A DNA stretch of 20,000 nucleotides from an uncultured virus (IMG/VR IMGVR_UViG_3300008885_000050) (Duplodnaviria > Heunggongvirae > Uroviricota > Caudoviricetes). Below, piece by piece: positions 1 to 8,280 of the stretch; the first letter of the stretch is position 1, and each line of letters opens with the position of its first letter. The position numbers and the translations under genes were made by a program. The notes beneath the pieces were generated by a model. The model saw nothing but the letters and a program-made list of their open reading frames with translations. It did no database searches and was not told the DNA's origin. The stretch is taken from IMG/VR virus record IMGVR_UViG_3300008885_000050; one strand, given 5' to 3'.

Positions 1-225
1 GGCGTCGACGATCTCATCGCCGCGATCGAGGCGCAATACTTCAACACCGGTGTCCTGAACAACTACCGCATTACGCAGACCATCCAGGAGCCCGGCGGCA
101 TTATCAGCCAGTATCGGTTCGATGGCGTCGCGATCTCGCTCCCCGATGCCGGCGACTGGAAGGGTGACGCTTTCGTGAAACAGAAGATCGCCTGGAAGGC
201 CTCCAAGCGCCTGAAGATGCAGTAA
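1..225 (+). CDS. Tail tube protein, C-terminal part (5' truncated by window)
   Basis: Frame +1 open from base 1: GVDDLIAAIEAQYFNTG...ITQTIQEPGGIISQYRFDGVAISLPDAGDWKGDAFVKQKIAWKASKRLKMQ, TAA at 223-225; lies directly before the chaperone and tape measure. Confidence 0.72.
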   Translation, partial: GVDDLIAAIEAQYFNTGVLNNYRITQTIQEPGGIISQYRFDGVAISLPDAGDWKGDAFVKQKIAWKASKRLKMQ

Positions 226-226
226 G

Positions 227-601
227 ATGGCAAAGCTCACAGTCAACGCCTCGACGCCGTCCGAAAGGATCGTCGAAGAGGCAAACCGCACCTATTCGGT
301 CAATGACGCTCGCGGCAGGGCAATCGAATTCTGTCGCCCGGACACGAGCCGACAGCGCCGCTTGCTCAAAGCGATTTCGAATGATTCCGCCAACAAGCAG
401 CAGCTCTTCGGCATGTACCTGGTTGCGGTGTCCGTGGTCTCGATCGATGGTGACGCGGTCAGTTTCCCCACCAACGAGCTTCAGGTCGACGCGCTGGTGG
501 ATCGCATCGGAGATGAGGGCTTCGCTGCCCTCACACGGGCGATCCCCGCCGAACTTGGCCTCCAAACGCAGGAGGGCCTCCGCGAGGCTGCGGGGGAATA
601 G
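227..601 (+). CDS. Tail assembly chaperone (lambda gpG-like), 124 aa
   Basis: Position between tube and tape measure; ends in GCG GGG GAA TAG, which contains the slippery GGGGGAA. Confidence 0.8.
   Translation: MAKLTVNASTPSERIVEEANRTYSVNDARGRAIEFCRPDTSRQRRLLKAISNDSANKQQLFGMYLVAVSVVSIDGDAVSFPTNELQVDALVDRIGDEGFAALTRAIPAELGLQTQEGLREAAGE
592..598 (+). promoter_or_regulatory. Putative -1 programmed ribosomal frameshift site GGGGGAA
   Basis: Directly before the chaperone stop; the -1 frame is open 592-768; GGGGGAA is a known G/GT slippery heptamer. Confidence 0.72.
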
Positions 602-768
602 CGTCCGACCCGGACTTCAGAATGTCGATGTTCCTGGTCAAGAACAATGTTCCGTTCGACGTCGCATTCAGTCTCGGGCCGGCGGAAAAGATTGCCTATT
701 GCGTCGCCATGGGCGAGATCGAGGGCAATAGCTTCGACTGGGAAACGATGAGCTGGCGGAAGAAGTGA
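592..768 (+). CDS. gpT-like frameshift extension of the chaperone (IASDPDFRMSMFLVKNNVPFDVAFSL...FDWETMSWRKK); absent from the ORF track
   Basis: Translated by hand; TGA at 766-768, next ATG at 770; in-frame ATGs at 622 and 628 lack a clear SD. Confidence 0.75.
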   Translation, partial: GGIASDPDFRMSMFLVKNNVPFDVAFSLGPAEKIAYCVAMGEIEGNSFDWETMSWRKK

Positions 769-769
769 G

Positions 770-1255
770 ATGAACGAATTCACGCTCGGCTCCATGGCAG
801 CATTCCTCACCGATCTGGCCGTGGCGATGCCAATGGCCGAGGAAGCCGCCCTGAAAAAGGCGGCAGCTCTGGTCGAGGAAGAGGCCAAAGCCGAAATCGG
901 CGACTATCAAGGTGCAGCTGGTCCGTTTGCCGCATGGCCGTCCTTGGCGGACGCAACCATCGCCCGTAAGGCGAATGGTGATACCCCTCTGCTCGAGACC
1001 GGCGAGATGCGCGACAGCATCGGCACGGTGATCTCGGGCCATGAGGCGCATGTAGGCTCGGATGACGATAAGGCCGTCTGGCAGGAACTCGGCACCTCGC
1101 GCGGCATCCCGCCAAGGTCATTCCTGGGCGGAGCCGCTGTAAGAAAATCGCCGGAGGTAAAAGACGTCATCGCGCAGACGATGCACGGGTTCCTGATAAA
1201 GAAGGAGGCACCGTCGCTCGTGAACGGGGCGCGGGAGACGATCGCGCTCGACTAG
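770..1255 (+). CDS. HK97 gp10-like / virion morphogenesis (tail completion) protein, 161 aa
   Basis: Motifs W..LA..TI.RK, PLLETGEMRDSI, VGSDDDKAVWQELGTSRGIPPRSFLG. Confidence 0.8.
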   Translation: MNEFTLGSMAAFLTDLAVAMPMAEEAALKKAAALVEEEAKAEIGDYQGAAGPFAAWPSLADATIARKANGDTPLLETGEMRDSIGTVISGHEAHVGSDDDKAVWQELGTSRGIPPRSFLGGAAVRKSPEVKDVIAQTMHGFLIKKEAPSLVNGARETIALD

Positions 1256-1536
1256 CGGCCAAGCGGCCAGATCATCATGCAGATCACCAGCGTGGCGATG
1301 AGAATGACGGCTGAAAACGCCAGCCAGAAGCTGAAGAACAGCGCCGAAAGTGCGGCTTTGTAAGGCCAAGGTTCGGGGCCGCGCATTTGGCGAATGTACC
1401 ACCGGCTTATGGTCCAGCGTTTCGGCGGATCATGCTCGATTGTTCTCTGCTCAACGCGCTCCCAGCCTGATGAAGGCCTGTTGAACGTTTCCGGCCGCCA
1501 GCGGCCCGACCGCGGATAATCCCATTCTTGCCGCAT
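1252..1536 (-). CDS. Small membrane protein (moron-like), about 94 aa; alternative start 1560
   Basis: Fills the gap between gp10-like and tape measure genes; long C-terminal hydrophobic stretch AALSALFFSFWLAFSAVILIATLVICMMIW; GGGGG upstream of ATG 1536. Confidence 0.6.
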   Translation of the reverse strand: MRQEWDYPRSGRWRPETFNRPSSGWERVEQRTIEHDPPKRWTISRWYIRQMRGPEPWPYKAALSALFFSFWLAFSAVILIATLVICMMIWPLGR

Positions 1537-1599
1537 AGGCGCCCCCGCGAAAACCTGCATGCATAGTGAAGCTTTTCTGCCCGAAAGTCGAGGTTGACC

Positions 1600-3453
1600 G
1601 TGGACGTTTGGAAAATCGGCGTTGCGATCAGCCTTACCAACGGCATGTCGCCGGTGCTGGCCGTTATCGCCAAGGACCTACTTGGCATCAAGGGCCAGGT
1701 CGGAGATGTCGAGCAGGCGTTTTCATCGTGGAAGCCAGCCTTGGCCGGTGCTGCTGCCATTCTCGCCGGCGGTTTAATGCTTGACGGCATGAGCAAACTC
1801 GCCGACCACGGCGCCGACGTCAATCATCAGCTTGAACTGATGAAGACCGCCGGCATGCAGAACTCTGAAATCCAGAGCGCTCTCGCACAGGCGATGAAGA
1901 CGTCGGGCGACGTCCAGACCACGGTCCTTTCAGAAAACCTCGCCCATATCCGAGAGCTGCGTTACGCCTTCGGCGAAACAGCGACCGCCATGAAGGATCT
2001 CGATCTCATCTCAAAGTCCAATGCCGTCCTGAATGCGGTAAAGGGCGGCGGGGTGGATCAGGTCTGGGAATTGGTGAAGGCCCTGGAGGGTAAAGGCCTC
2101 ACCTATGATCCCGGGCAATTCGCGTCATACGTCGACACGATGACGAAAGTTGTCGAAGCGACAGGCGGCAAGGTGACGCCTCAAAGCTTCATGTCGGCGT
2201 TCAAATACGGTCGTACCGCGACGCTGGGCTGGGATGAAGGCTTCGTCGGCGGCGCGCTGCCGCGCCTGATCCAGTCGATGTCGTCTGGAAGCGGAAGTGG
2301 CGGCGGTTCGGGCGGTCCGGGCAACGCCCTGATGTCTGCCTTCGCCAAGGTCGTTCAGGGGCAGATGTCCAAGACGGCGGCGGAAGAGTTCGCCAATATG
2401 GGTCTCGCGCCCGGTGGCATCAGCCATATCAAGGGCAGTGCGCAGACACAGATCACTGGCGGTATCGCCGGCCACGACCTCTTCATGGCGAACCCCTATG
2501 AGTGGACGCAGCAAGTGCTGATGCCCGCCTTGGCAAAGCACGGGATTACCAGCCAGAACGATATCATCGCTCAAATCTCGAAGATGTTTCCGGTCCGCAC
2601 CGCTTCGCAGGTCATAACGGAAATGGGGCTGCAAGGTCGCTTTGCCGAAGGCGAGCGAAGCCCGTTCGAAAAGGATATCCGTCTCCAGGGCGGAGCGATG
2701 GGGCTCAACAAGTCCTATGACGAACTATCCAACAATGATTATGCGACGGTCACGAAAGAGTTCCACGCGCAGTTGAAATCCTTGCTGGAGGTGCTGGGCG
2801 GCCCGCTAATGCAGATGGCTATCCCGGCCATGAAGGCCCTGACGGACGTGGCCACAGGGATGGGCCAGTGGGCGGCTGTACATCCCGAGATGGTAAAAGC
2901 CATCGGCCAAGCGCTGGTTGGTCTCGGTATCGGCTTGGTTGCCATCGGTGGTGTCGCGATCGCTTCCGTGCTTGGATTGTCGGGAGCGCTGATCGGGCTA
3001 GGTGTAGCCGCTATCAGTTTTCTGGCCTTCAATTGGACCGCCATCACGGGTTGGGTGAAAAACGTCGTCGCCGCCATGGGGGAGCTCGCTTCGATGGCAT
3101 GGCAGAAGATCGTCGACGTGCTCCAGGGCGTCTACAACGCGATCTACAATTTCATCAACAATCTCGCGACGCTCCCTGGGATCATCGGCCGCGCTCTCGG
3201 CGGCCTGCCGAGCGGCCAGTCCCCCGGCGCAGAGGTCGGCGGCATGGTCGGCCATCTCCACAAGTCGAGCTATGTCCCGCCATCTGGCGGTTCTGCCCAG
3301 CCCGTCGTTGTCCACACCGCGTTCAACGTCGACGGTCGCACGCTGGCCAAGACGGTCGGACAGTACATGGCCAAGAATTCCTCATGGTCGAACAACTCGT
3401 CGACCTTTGACGGCTCCGCGATGCCGCCGGCGACGGACATGAGTTTTGCATGA
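1600..3453 (+). CDS. Tail tape measure protein, about 617 aa
   Basis: GAGG at 1590-1593 favours GTG 1600 over TTG 1594; Ala/Gly-rich helical protein, hydrophobic segments near aa 440-485, C-terminal motif NVDGRTLAKTV; position after the chaperones. Confidence 0.88.
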   Translation: MDVWKIGVAISLTNGMSPVLAVIAKDLLGIKGQVGDVEQAFSSWKPALAGAAAILAGGLMLDGMSKLADHGADVNHQLELMKTAGMQNSEIQSALAQAMKTSGDVQTTVLSENLAHIRELRYAFGETATAMKDLDLISKSNAVLNAVKGGGVDQVWELVKALEGKGLTYDPGQFASYVDTMTKVVEATGGKVTPQSFMSAFKYGRTATLGWDEGFVGGALPRLIQSMSSGSGSGGGSGGPGNALMSAFAKVVQGQMSKTAAEEFANMGLAPGGISHIKGSAQTQITGGIAGHDLFMANPYEWTQQVLMPALAKHGITSQNDIIAQISKMFPVRTASQVITEMGLQGRFAEGERSPFEKDIRLQGGAMGLNKSYDELSNNDYATVTKEFHAQLKSLLEVLGGPLMQMAIPAMKALTDVATGMGQWAAVHPEMVKAIGQALVGLGIGLVAIGGVAIASVLGLSGALIGLGVAAISFLAFNWTAITGWVKNVVAAMGELASMAWQKIVDVLQGVYNAIYNFINNLATLPGIIGRALGGLPSGQSPGAEVGGMVGHLHKSSYVPPSGGSAQPVVVHTAFNVDGRTLAKTVGQYMAKNSSWSNNSSTFDGSAMPPATDMSFA

Positions 3454-4223
3454 GCACCCTTATCATCGGCGGTATCTCACTCTCTGAGTGGGAAATCCCC
3501 GAAAAGATCAACTTTGGCGGCAAGCAGAAGGTTGTCGTCCATAAGCTGATCGGGGGTACCCGCGTCGTCGACGCCATGGGGCCAGATCCGACCGATGTCA
3601 CATGGTCGGGACGCTTCCGGGGACCGTCCGCTGTAGACCGCGCGCAAGCGCTCGATGCGATGCGCGCCGCCGGCGCCGAAGTGCCGCTGTTCTACCTGTC
3701 GACGTTCGTTACAGTGGTGATCACCGACTTCCGGGCGGATGCGGAGCGTCCCTACGAGATCCCATACAGCATCACCTGCACGGTGGTCAGTGACTCGATC
3801 AATGACGCCTTGGGACCGATCGTTCCGTCGCTCGACAGCATCGTTTCGACCGCGCTGAACGTTGCTGCTGCATTCTCGGCCAGCGGTGCCGATGCATCGC
3901 AGGTCAGCACGGCGGCTGCGGTAGGGGCGGTCCAGACCGCCGTCACGGCCACAGGAACGCTGCAGGGCGCGCCACTGCCCGCGCTGGTGTCGCTCCACGG
4001 TGTCGTCAACACGCAATCGGCGGTGCTGGGTGGGATAGCCACTGGCCTGGATGTGACACTGGGTTCCACTGTCGGGGTTGGCACGCCTTCTGGCGTCAAT
4101 CCCGCGGCCATGGCGAGTTGGCTCACCGGGCAGATGACGACATCGCAGGACGAGGCGATCGCGCTTTCGTCCAAGGACAACATCGACCTGATCGGCAAGA
4201 ACCTGACGCTTACCGGAGCCTGA
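3450..4223 (+). CDS. Tail tube initiator / P2 GpU-like baseplate protein, 257 aa
   Basis: ATGA overlap with the tape measure; N-terminal EIPEKINFGGKQKVVVHKLIGG.RVVDAMG...WSGRF; synteny. Confidence 0.72.
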   Translation: MSTLIIGGISLSEWEIPEKINFGGKQKVVVHKLIGGTRVVDAMGPDPTDVTWSGRFRGPSAVDRAQALDAMRAAGAEVPLFYLSTFVTVVITDFRADAERPYEIPYSITCTVVSDSINDALGPIVPSLDSIVSTALNVAAAFSASGADASQVSTAAAVGAVQTAVTATGTLQGAPLPALVSLHGVVNTQSAVLGGIATGLDVTLGSTVGVGTPSGVNPAAMASWLTGQMTTSQDEAIALSSKDNIDLIGKNLTLTGA

Positions 4224-4227
4224 GATC

Positions 4228-4446
4228 GTGGACACCTCGTCGATCCCTTCCGTCTCCCTCAATCGCGTCGTGAACGTCGCCGGTGGCAATCTCTACGCGC
4301 TTGCGGCTCAGTATCTCGGCGACGCGACGAAGTGGTACCAGATCGCGGTGGTCAATGGTCTCACCGACCCGATGCTGACAGGCCCATTGACGCTGATCAT
4401 TCCGCCGAATGGGCTGCCGTCGAATGGCGGCATCCTCGGGGGATAG
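4228..4446 (+). CDS. LysM-like tail protein X, 72 aa
   Basis: GGNLYALAAQYLGDATKWYQIAVVNGLTDP...LIIP is a LysM/P2 gpX pattern. Confidence 0.85.
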   Translation: MDTSSIPSVSLNRVVNVAGGNLYALAAQYLGDATKWYQIAVVNGLTDPMLTGPLTLIIPPNGLPSNGGILGG

Positions 4447-4449
4447 GGC

Positions 4450-5484
4450 ATGGTGCTGCGAACCCCTAGGGCGTTCGTCATCGCGAACGGCGCCCCCATC
4501 ACACCGATGAGCGTCGAAGTCCAGATGTCGAAGACGCACAAGTCGGACACGTTTCATTGCGAGATCCCGTTCGGCGCACTGCCGCCAGGGATGGATGAGG
4601 CATTCTGGTCGACCGCGAACGACATCAGTGTGCAGGTGCAGATCCAGACCGACGCCTTCAGCGGACCGACCCAGGTCTTCGATGGCAAAGTCGACCAGGT
4701 TCAGCATGAGTTCGATACCCGCGTCCTGAAGGTGCAAGGCCGCGACAAGACCGCGGCGCTGATCGACAAGACCTCGACAGAGAAGTTCACCAACCAGCAG
4801 CCCGACCAGATCGTCCAGACGATCTGCGGACGGCACGGCATCACGGCGAACACCGACAGCGTCGCGAAGAAGGCGGGCAAAATCTTCCAGATCGACTATG
4901 CGAAGATGACGCAGCGCGTGTCTGAATGGACGGTGATCCAGAAGCTCGCCGACCTCTTCGGCATGACAGCCTACATGACGGGCGGTCAGGTCTATTGGAA
5001 GAACTATCCAGAGCAGCTGCCGGTCGTGAATGTCGCCTATGTGCCGCCGACCCCGTTCTCCTATGCGAACGGCAACTTCATGCGGCTTAGGACAGCGCGC
5101 AACCTGGTCCTCGGCCGGCCGGTGCACGTCAAGGTGCAGAGCTGGAACCACAAGGAAGCAAAGCTCTACCAAAACGAGCAGGTCGCGCCGGGAAGCGGTG
5201 ATCCGCTCATCTACAACTATCAGTCGCCGGGCATGACGAACGACCAGGTCGAGAAGCTGGCGCAGAAGCGGCTGTCGGAAAACACCAGCCATGAGCTGTC
5301 GTTCGATCTTGAGATGCCTGGTGACCCCACGGTGACGCCGCGTTTCATGATGCAGCTGTCAGGGACCGGCACCGCCTACGATGCGACGCACGAGATCAAG
5401 ACGGTGGAGCATCAGATCAGCCAGGAGGCCGGATATCGGATGACGATCTCCGCGAAGTCGAAATCGACAAAGAGAGGGTCCTGA
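4450..5484 (+). CDS. Baseplate hub (P2 gpD / Mu gp44-like), 344 aa
   Basis: VFDGKVDQV, VQGRDKTAALID, SEWTVIQKLA, C-terminal VEHQISQEAGYRMTI; position between X and V. Confidence 0.85.
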   Translation: MVLRTPRAFVIANGAPITPMSVEVQMSKTHKSDTFHCEIPFGALPPGMDEAFWSTANDISVQVQIQTDAFSGPTQVFDGKVDQVQHEFDTRVLKVQGRDKTAALIDKTSTEKFTNQQPDQIVQTICGRHGITANTDSVAKKAGKIFQIDYAKMTQRVSEWTVIQKLADLFGMTAYMTGGQVYWKNYPEQLPVVNVAYVPPTPFSYANGNFMRLRTARNLVLGRPVHVKVQSWNHKEAKLYQNEQVAPGSGDPLIYNYQSPGMTNDQVEKLAQKRLSENTSHELSFDLEMPGDPTVTPRFMMQLSGTGTAYDATHEIKTVEHQISQEAGYRMTISAKSKSTKRGS

Positions 5485-6014
5485 TGAGCGCAGACATCGA
5501 GGATCTCATCCGCCGGACCGTCGACCAGATGATGACGAGGCAGCCGCATCCGCGCATCGCGACGGTAACCTCCTACGATCCGAACCGGCATGCCATTAAG
5601 GCCAAGCACCAGCCGGAAGGTCACGAAACCGGGTGGATACCGATCGGCACCATGCATATCGGCAATGGCATCGGCATGGCCATCGGGCCCAACGTTGGCG
5701 ATCAGGTCATTGTCGGCTTCCTGGAGGGTGACATCGAGACTCCGTTTGTCATGGGCAGGGTGCATTCCGATCAGGAGCGGCCGCCGGTGGCGCAATCCGG
5801 TGAGGTCGTCATCCAGACCAGCAATTCGCTCCTGAAGATCGACAAGAGCGGCAACATCACGATCACGAGCGGCGGCAACCTGGCGGTCTCTGCATCGGGT
5901 TCGATGGCCCTGACAAGCGGTGGCCCTCTGACGCACAATGGCAAGGACATCGGTTCTGACCACATGCACACTGGCGTCCAACCGGGCGGCAGCCTCACCG
6001 GACCGCCGCAGTAA
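5484..6014 (+). CDS. Baseplate central spike (P2 gpV-like), 176 aa
   Basis: OB-fold-type ETGWIP...GPNVGDQVIVGF.EGD, beta-strand repeats, and C-terminal HxH metal-binding apex HMHTGVQPGGSLTGPP. Confidence 0.92.
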   Translation: MSADIEDLIRRTVDQMMTRQPHPRIATVTSYDPNRHAIKAKHQPEGHETGWIPIGTMHIGNGIGMAIGPNVGDQVIVGFLEGDIETPFVMGRVHSDQERPPVAQSGEVVIQTSNSLLKIDKSGNITITSGGNLAVSASGSMALTSGGPLTHNGKDIGSDHMHTGVQPGGSLTGPPQ

Positions 6015-6017
6015 GCC

Positions 6018-6383
6018 ATGCCCGATACAAATCATCTTTGGGGCGAGGATCTCACGATCTCAGCCAGTGGCGACATCGCGATCGTCGACGGCGACGCCAT
6101 GACCACTCAACGCATACTGCGGCGGCTGATGACTGCCCAAGGCGATTATATCTGGAACCTCAACTATGGCGGTGGTGTCCCCCGACGTGTCGGCAATGTC
6201 GCCGATATCCCGCTGATCAACAGCGTCATCCGCTCCCAGGTCGCGCTCGAGGCCGCCGTGGCGCGCACGCCAGCGCCGGTTATCACCGTGACGCCGATCC
6301 TGAACGGCGTCTCCGTCTACATCAAGTTCTGGAGCGCTTCGACGGGCCAGGAAAAGACGCTGTCCTTCAACATAAACGAGTAG
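6018..6383 (+). CDS. Baseplate wedge / sheath initiator (gpW/gp25/gp46-like), 121 aa
   Basis: QRILRRLMT..GDYIW...YGGG motif; synteny V-W-J. Confidence 0.82.
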   Translation: MPDTNHLWGEDLTISASGDIAIVDGDAMTTQRILRRLMTAQGDYIWNLNYGGGVPRRVGNVADIPLINSVIRSQVALEAAVARTPAPVITVTPILNGVSVYIKFWSASTGQEKTLSFNINE

Positions 6384-6393
6384 AGACAAGCCG

Positions 6394-7518
6394 TTGGCAA
6401 CGCTGAACACCAAGAGCTTCGCCCAGATCGTGCGCGATCAGGCGACAGCGATCCAGGCGAAGGCGTCGGGCCTCATCAACTTCTCAATCGGCGCGGTGTT
6501 GCGGTCGGTGGCCGAGGCGAACGCCGGTGTCGTGCTGTGGCTGCAGGGAATGATCCTGCAGGTGCTGACCGTCACGCGCGCGGCAACATCGATAGGTCCG
6601 GATCTCGACAGCTTCGTCAATGACTATGGCTTGACGAGGCTCGGCGCCACCGCGGCGTCGGGAAGTGTCACCTTTTCGCGTTTCACCCCGACCTCGTCGG
6701 CGTTCATCCCGGTCGGAAACCGGGTCCAGACCGCCGATTTCACGCAGACGTTCACGGTGTCGGTCGACACCACCAACACGGCCTACAGCGCCGCCCTGAA
6801 CGGCTACACGATCCCAGCGGCCGTATCGAGCCTGACTGTGCTGGTCACAGCGCAGAAAGCCGCAGCGGCCAGCGATGTGGCCGCAAACAGCGTTTCCGTC
6901 ATCCTCGACTCCATGATCGGCGTCGACAGCGTCAACAATGCCGCCGCCTTCACCGGTGGTACCGATGGCGAGAGCGACGCATCGCTGCGCGCGCGCTTTG
7001 TCGGCTATATCAATTCGCTTTCCAAGGGCACCGAAGCCGCGATCACCTTCGCCATCCAGAGCGTCCAGCTTGGCATGCAGCTTCAGATATTCGAAAACCA
7101 GCAGCCCGGCGGCGCGTTGGACTATGGCAACGTCACGATCTATGTCGACGACGGAACGGGCGCGATCCCGACCGCGACGCTGGCGGCGGCATCCAGCGCG
7201 GCACAGGCGGTGCGAGCGGCCGGCGTCAGGATGTCGATCCTCGCCGCCACCAAGCTTGTCGCTAACACCACGATGACGATCGTGACGGCGCCGACCTATA
7301 GTCACAACACGGTTGTCGCAGCCGTGGTGGCCGCGATCAACGCCTACATCAACGGCTCCGGTCTTGGAAAAACGGTGTCCTATATCGGCGTCGGTGGCAC
7401 CGCGATGGCGGTTGCTGGCGTCATGGACGTGACCAACTTCACGCTCAATGGCGGCACCGCGGATATCGTCCCTGCCGCCGGGCAGACGGTCAAGGCTGGC
7501 GGCACGGTGGTCTCGTGA
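6394..7518 (+). CDS. Baseplate J / gp47 family wedge protein, 374 aa (TTG start)
   Basis: GPDLD...DYGLTR..AT.ASG.VTF and FTGGTDGESDASLRARF are baseplate J motifs. Confidence 0.93.
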   Translation: MATLNTKSFAQIVRDQATAIQAKASGLINFSIGAVLRSVAEANAGVVLWLQGMILQVLTVTRAATSIGPDLDSFVNDYGLTRLGATAASGSVTFSRFTPTSSAFIPVGNRVQTADFTQTFTVSVDTTNTAYSAALNGYTIPAAVSSLTVLVTAQKAAAASDVAANSVSVILDSMIGVDSVNNAAAFTGGTDGESDASLRARFVGYINSLSKGTEAAITFAIQSVQLGMQLQIFENQQPGGALDYGNVTIYVDDGTGAIPTATLAAASSAAQAVRAAGVRMSILAATKLVANTTMTIVTAPTYSHNTVVAAVVAAINAYINGSGLGKTVSYIGVGGTAMAVAGVMDVTNFTLNGGTADIVPAAGQTVKAGGTVVS

Positions 7519-8264
7519 GCACCGGCGACCAGAATGACATTATCGCCCGCCTCAAGGCGACGATCCCGCCGACATGGTTCCCCTCGTGGTCGCCAGTGCT
7601 CGACGGTCTGCTTTCGGGGTTCGCCAATGCGGCGAGCTGGATCTACGGCCTCGTCATCTACGCCAAGCTGCAAACCCGCATCTCGACGGCGACCGATGGC
7701 TGGCTTGACCTCATTTCATGGGATTTCTTCGCGACACTGCTACCCCGGCGCTCCGGCGAACCCGACAGCACATTCGCGGCACGTATCAAGAAGGAAATCC
7801 TGCGGGCACGCCAGACGCGCGCCGCCATACTGCAGATGCTGCTCGACCTCACCGGCAACACGGCAACCGTTCAGGAAGGCTGGAACCCGCAGGACTGGGG
7901 CGGCTACGGACTTCCTTACAGCGGATACGGCCAGGCGCTGGGCTACGGCTCGCTGCAGTTTCGCAATCAGGTATTCATCACGGCGGTGCGCCCGTCCGGC
8001 AACGGCATCCCGAATGTGGGCGGCTATGGCGTCGTTTCGAGCGGTTACGGCTCACCCATGGGCAACGGCGAATACGCTGATCTCAGCCAGATCGTCGGAC
8101 CTGTCACGGACGCCGAGATCTATTCGCGCATCACGCAAACTATCGCCGCCGGAACAACCGCGTGGGTCGATATCGTGTCTCCCGGCGCGCAAGGCACCGG
8201 CTCGCTGATCTTCATAAGCCCGCAGACGCTGGCAATGGAAGCCGCGTTCGGCTTCTTCTGGTAA
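7515..8264 (+). CDS. Baseplate wedge protein (gpI/gp48-like), 249 aa
   Basis: GTGA overlap with J; TATDGWLDLISWDFF...RR.GE.D..FAARI; GYG repeats. Confidence 0.82.
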   Translation: MSTGDQNDIIARLKATIPPTWFPSWSPVLDGLLSGFANAASWIYGLVIYAKLQTRISTATDGWLDLISWDFFATLLPRRSGEPDSTFAARIKKEILRARQTRAAILQMLLDLTGNTATVQEGWNPQDWGGYGLPYSGYGQALGYGSLQFRNQVFITAVRPSGNGIPNVGGYGVVSSGYGSPMGNGEYADLSQIVGPVTDAEIYSRITQTIAAGTTAWVDIVSPGAQGTGSLIFISPQTLAMEAAFGFFW

Positions 8265-8280
8265 TCTCGAAAGGACTGAC

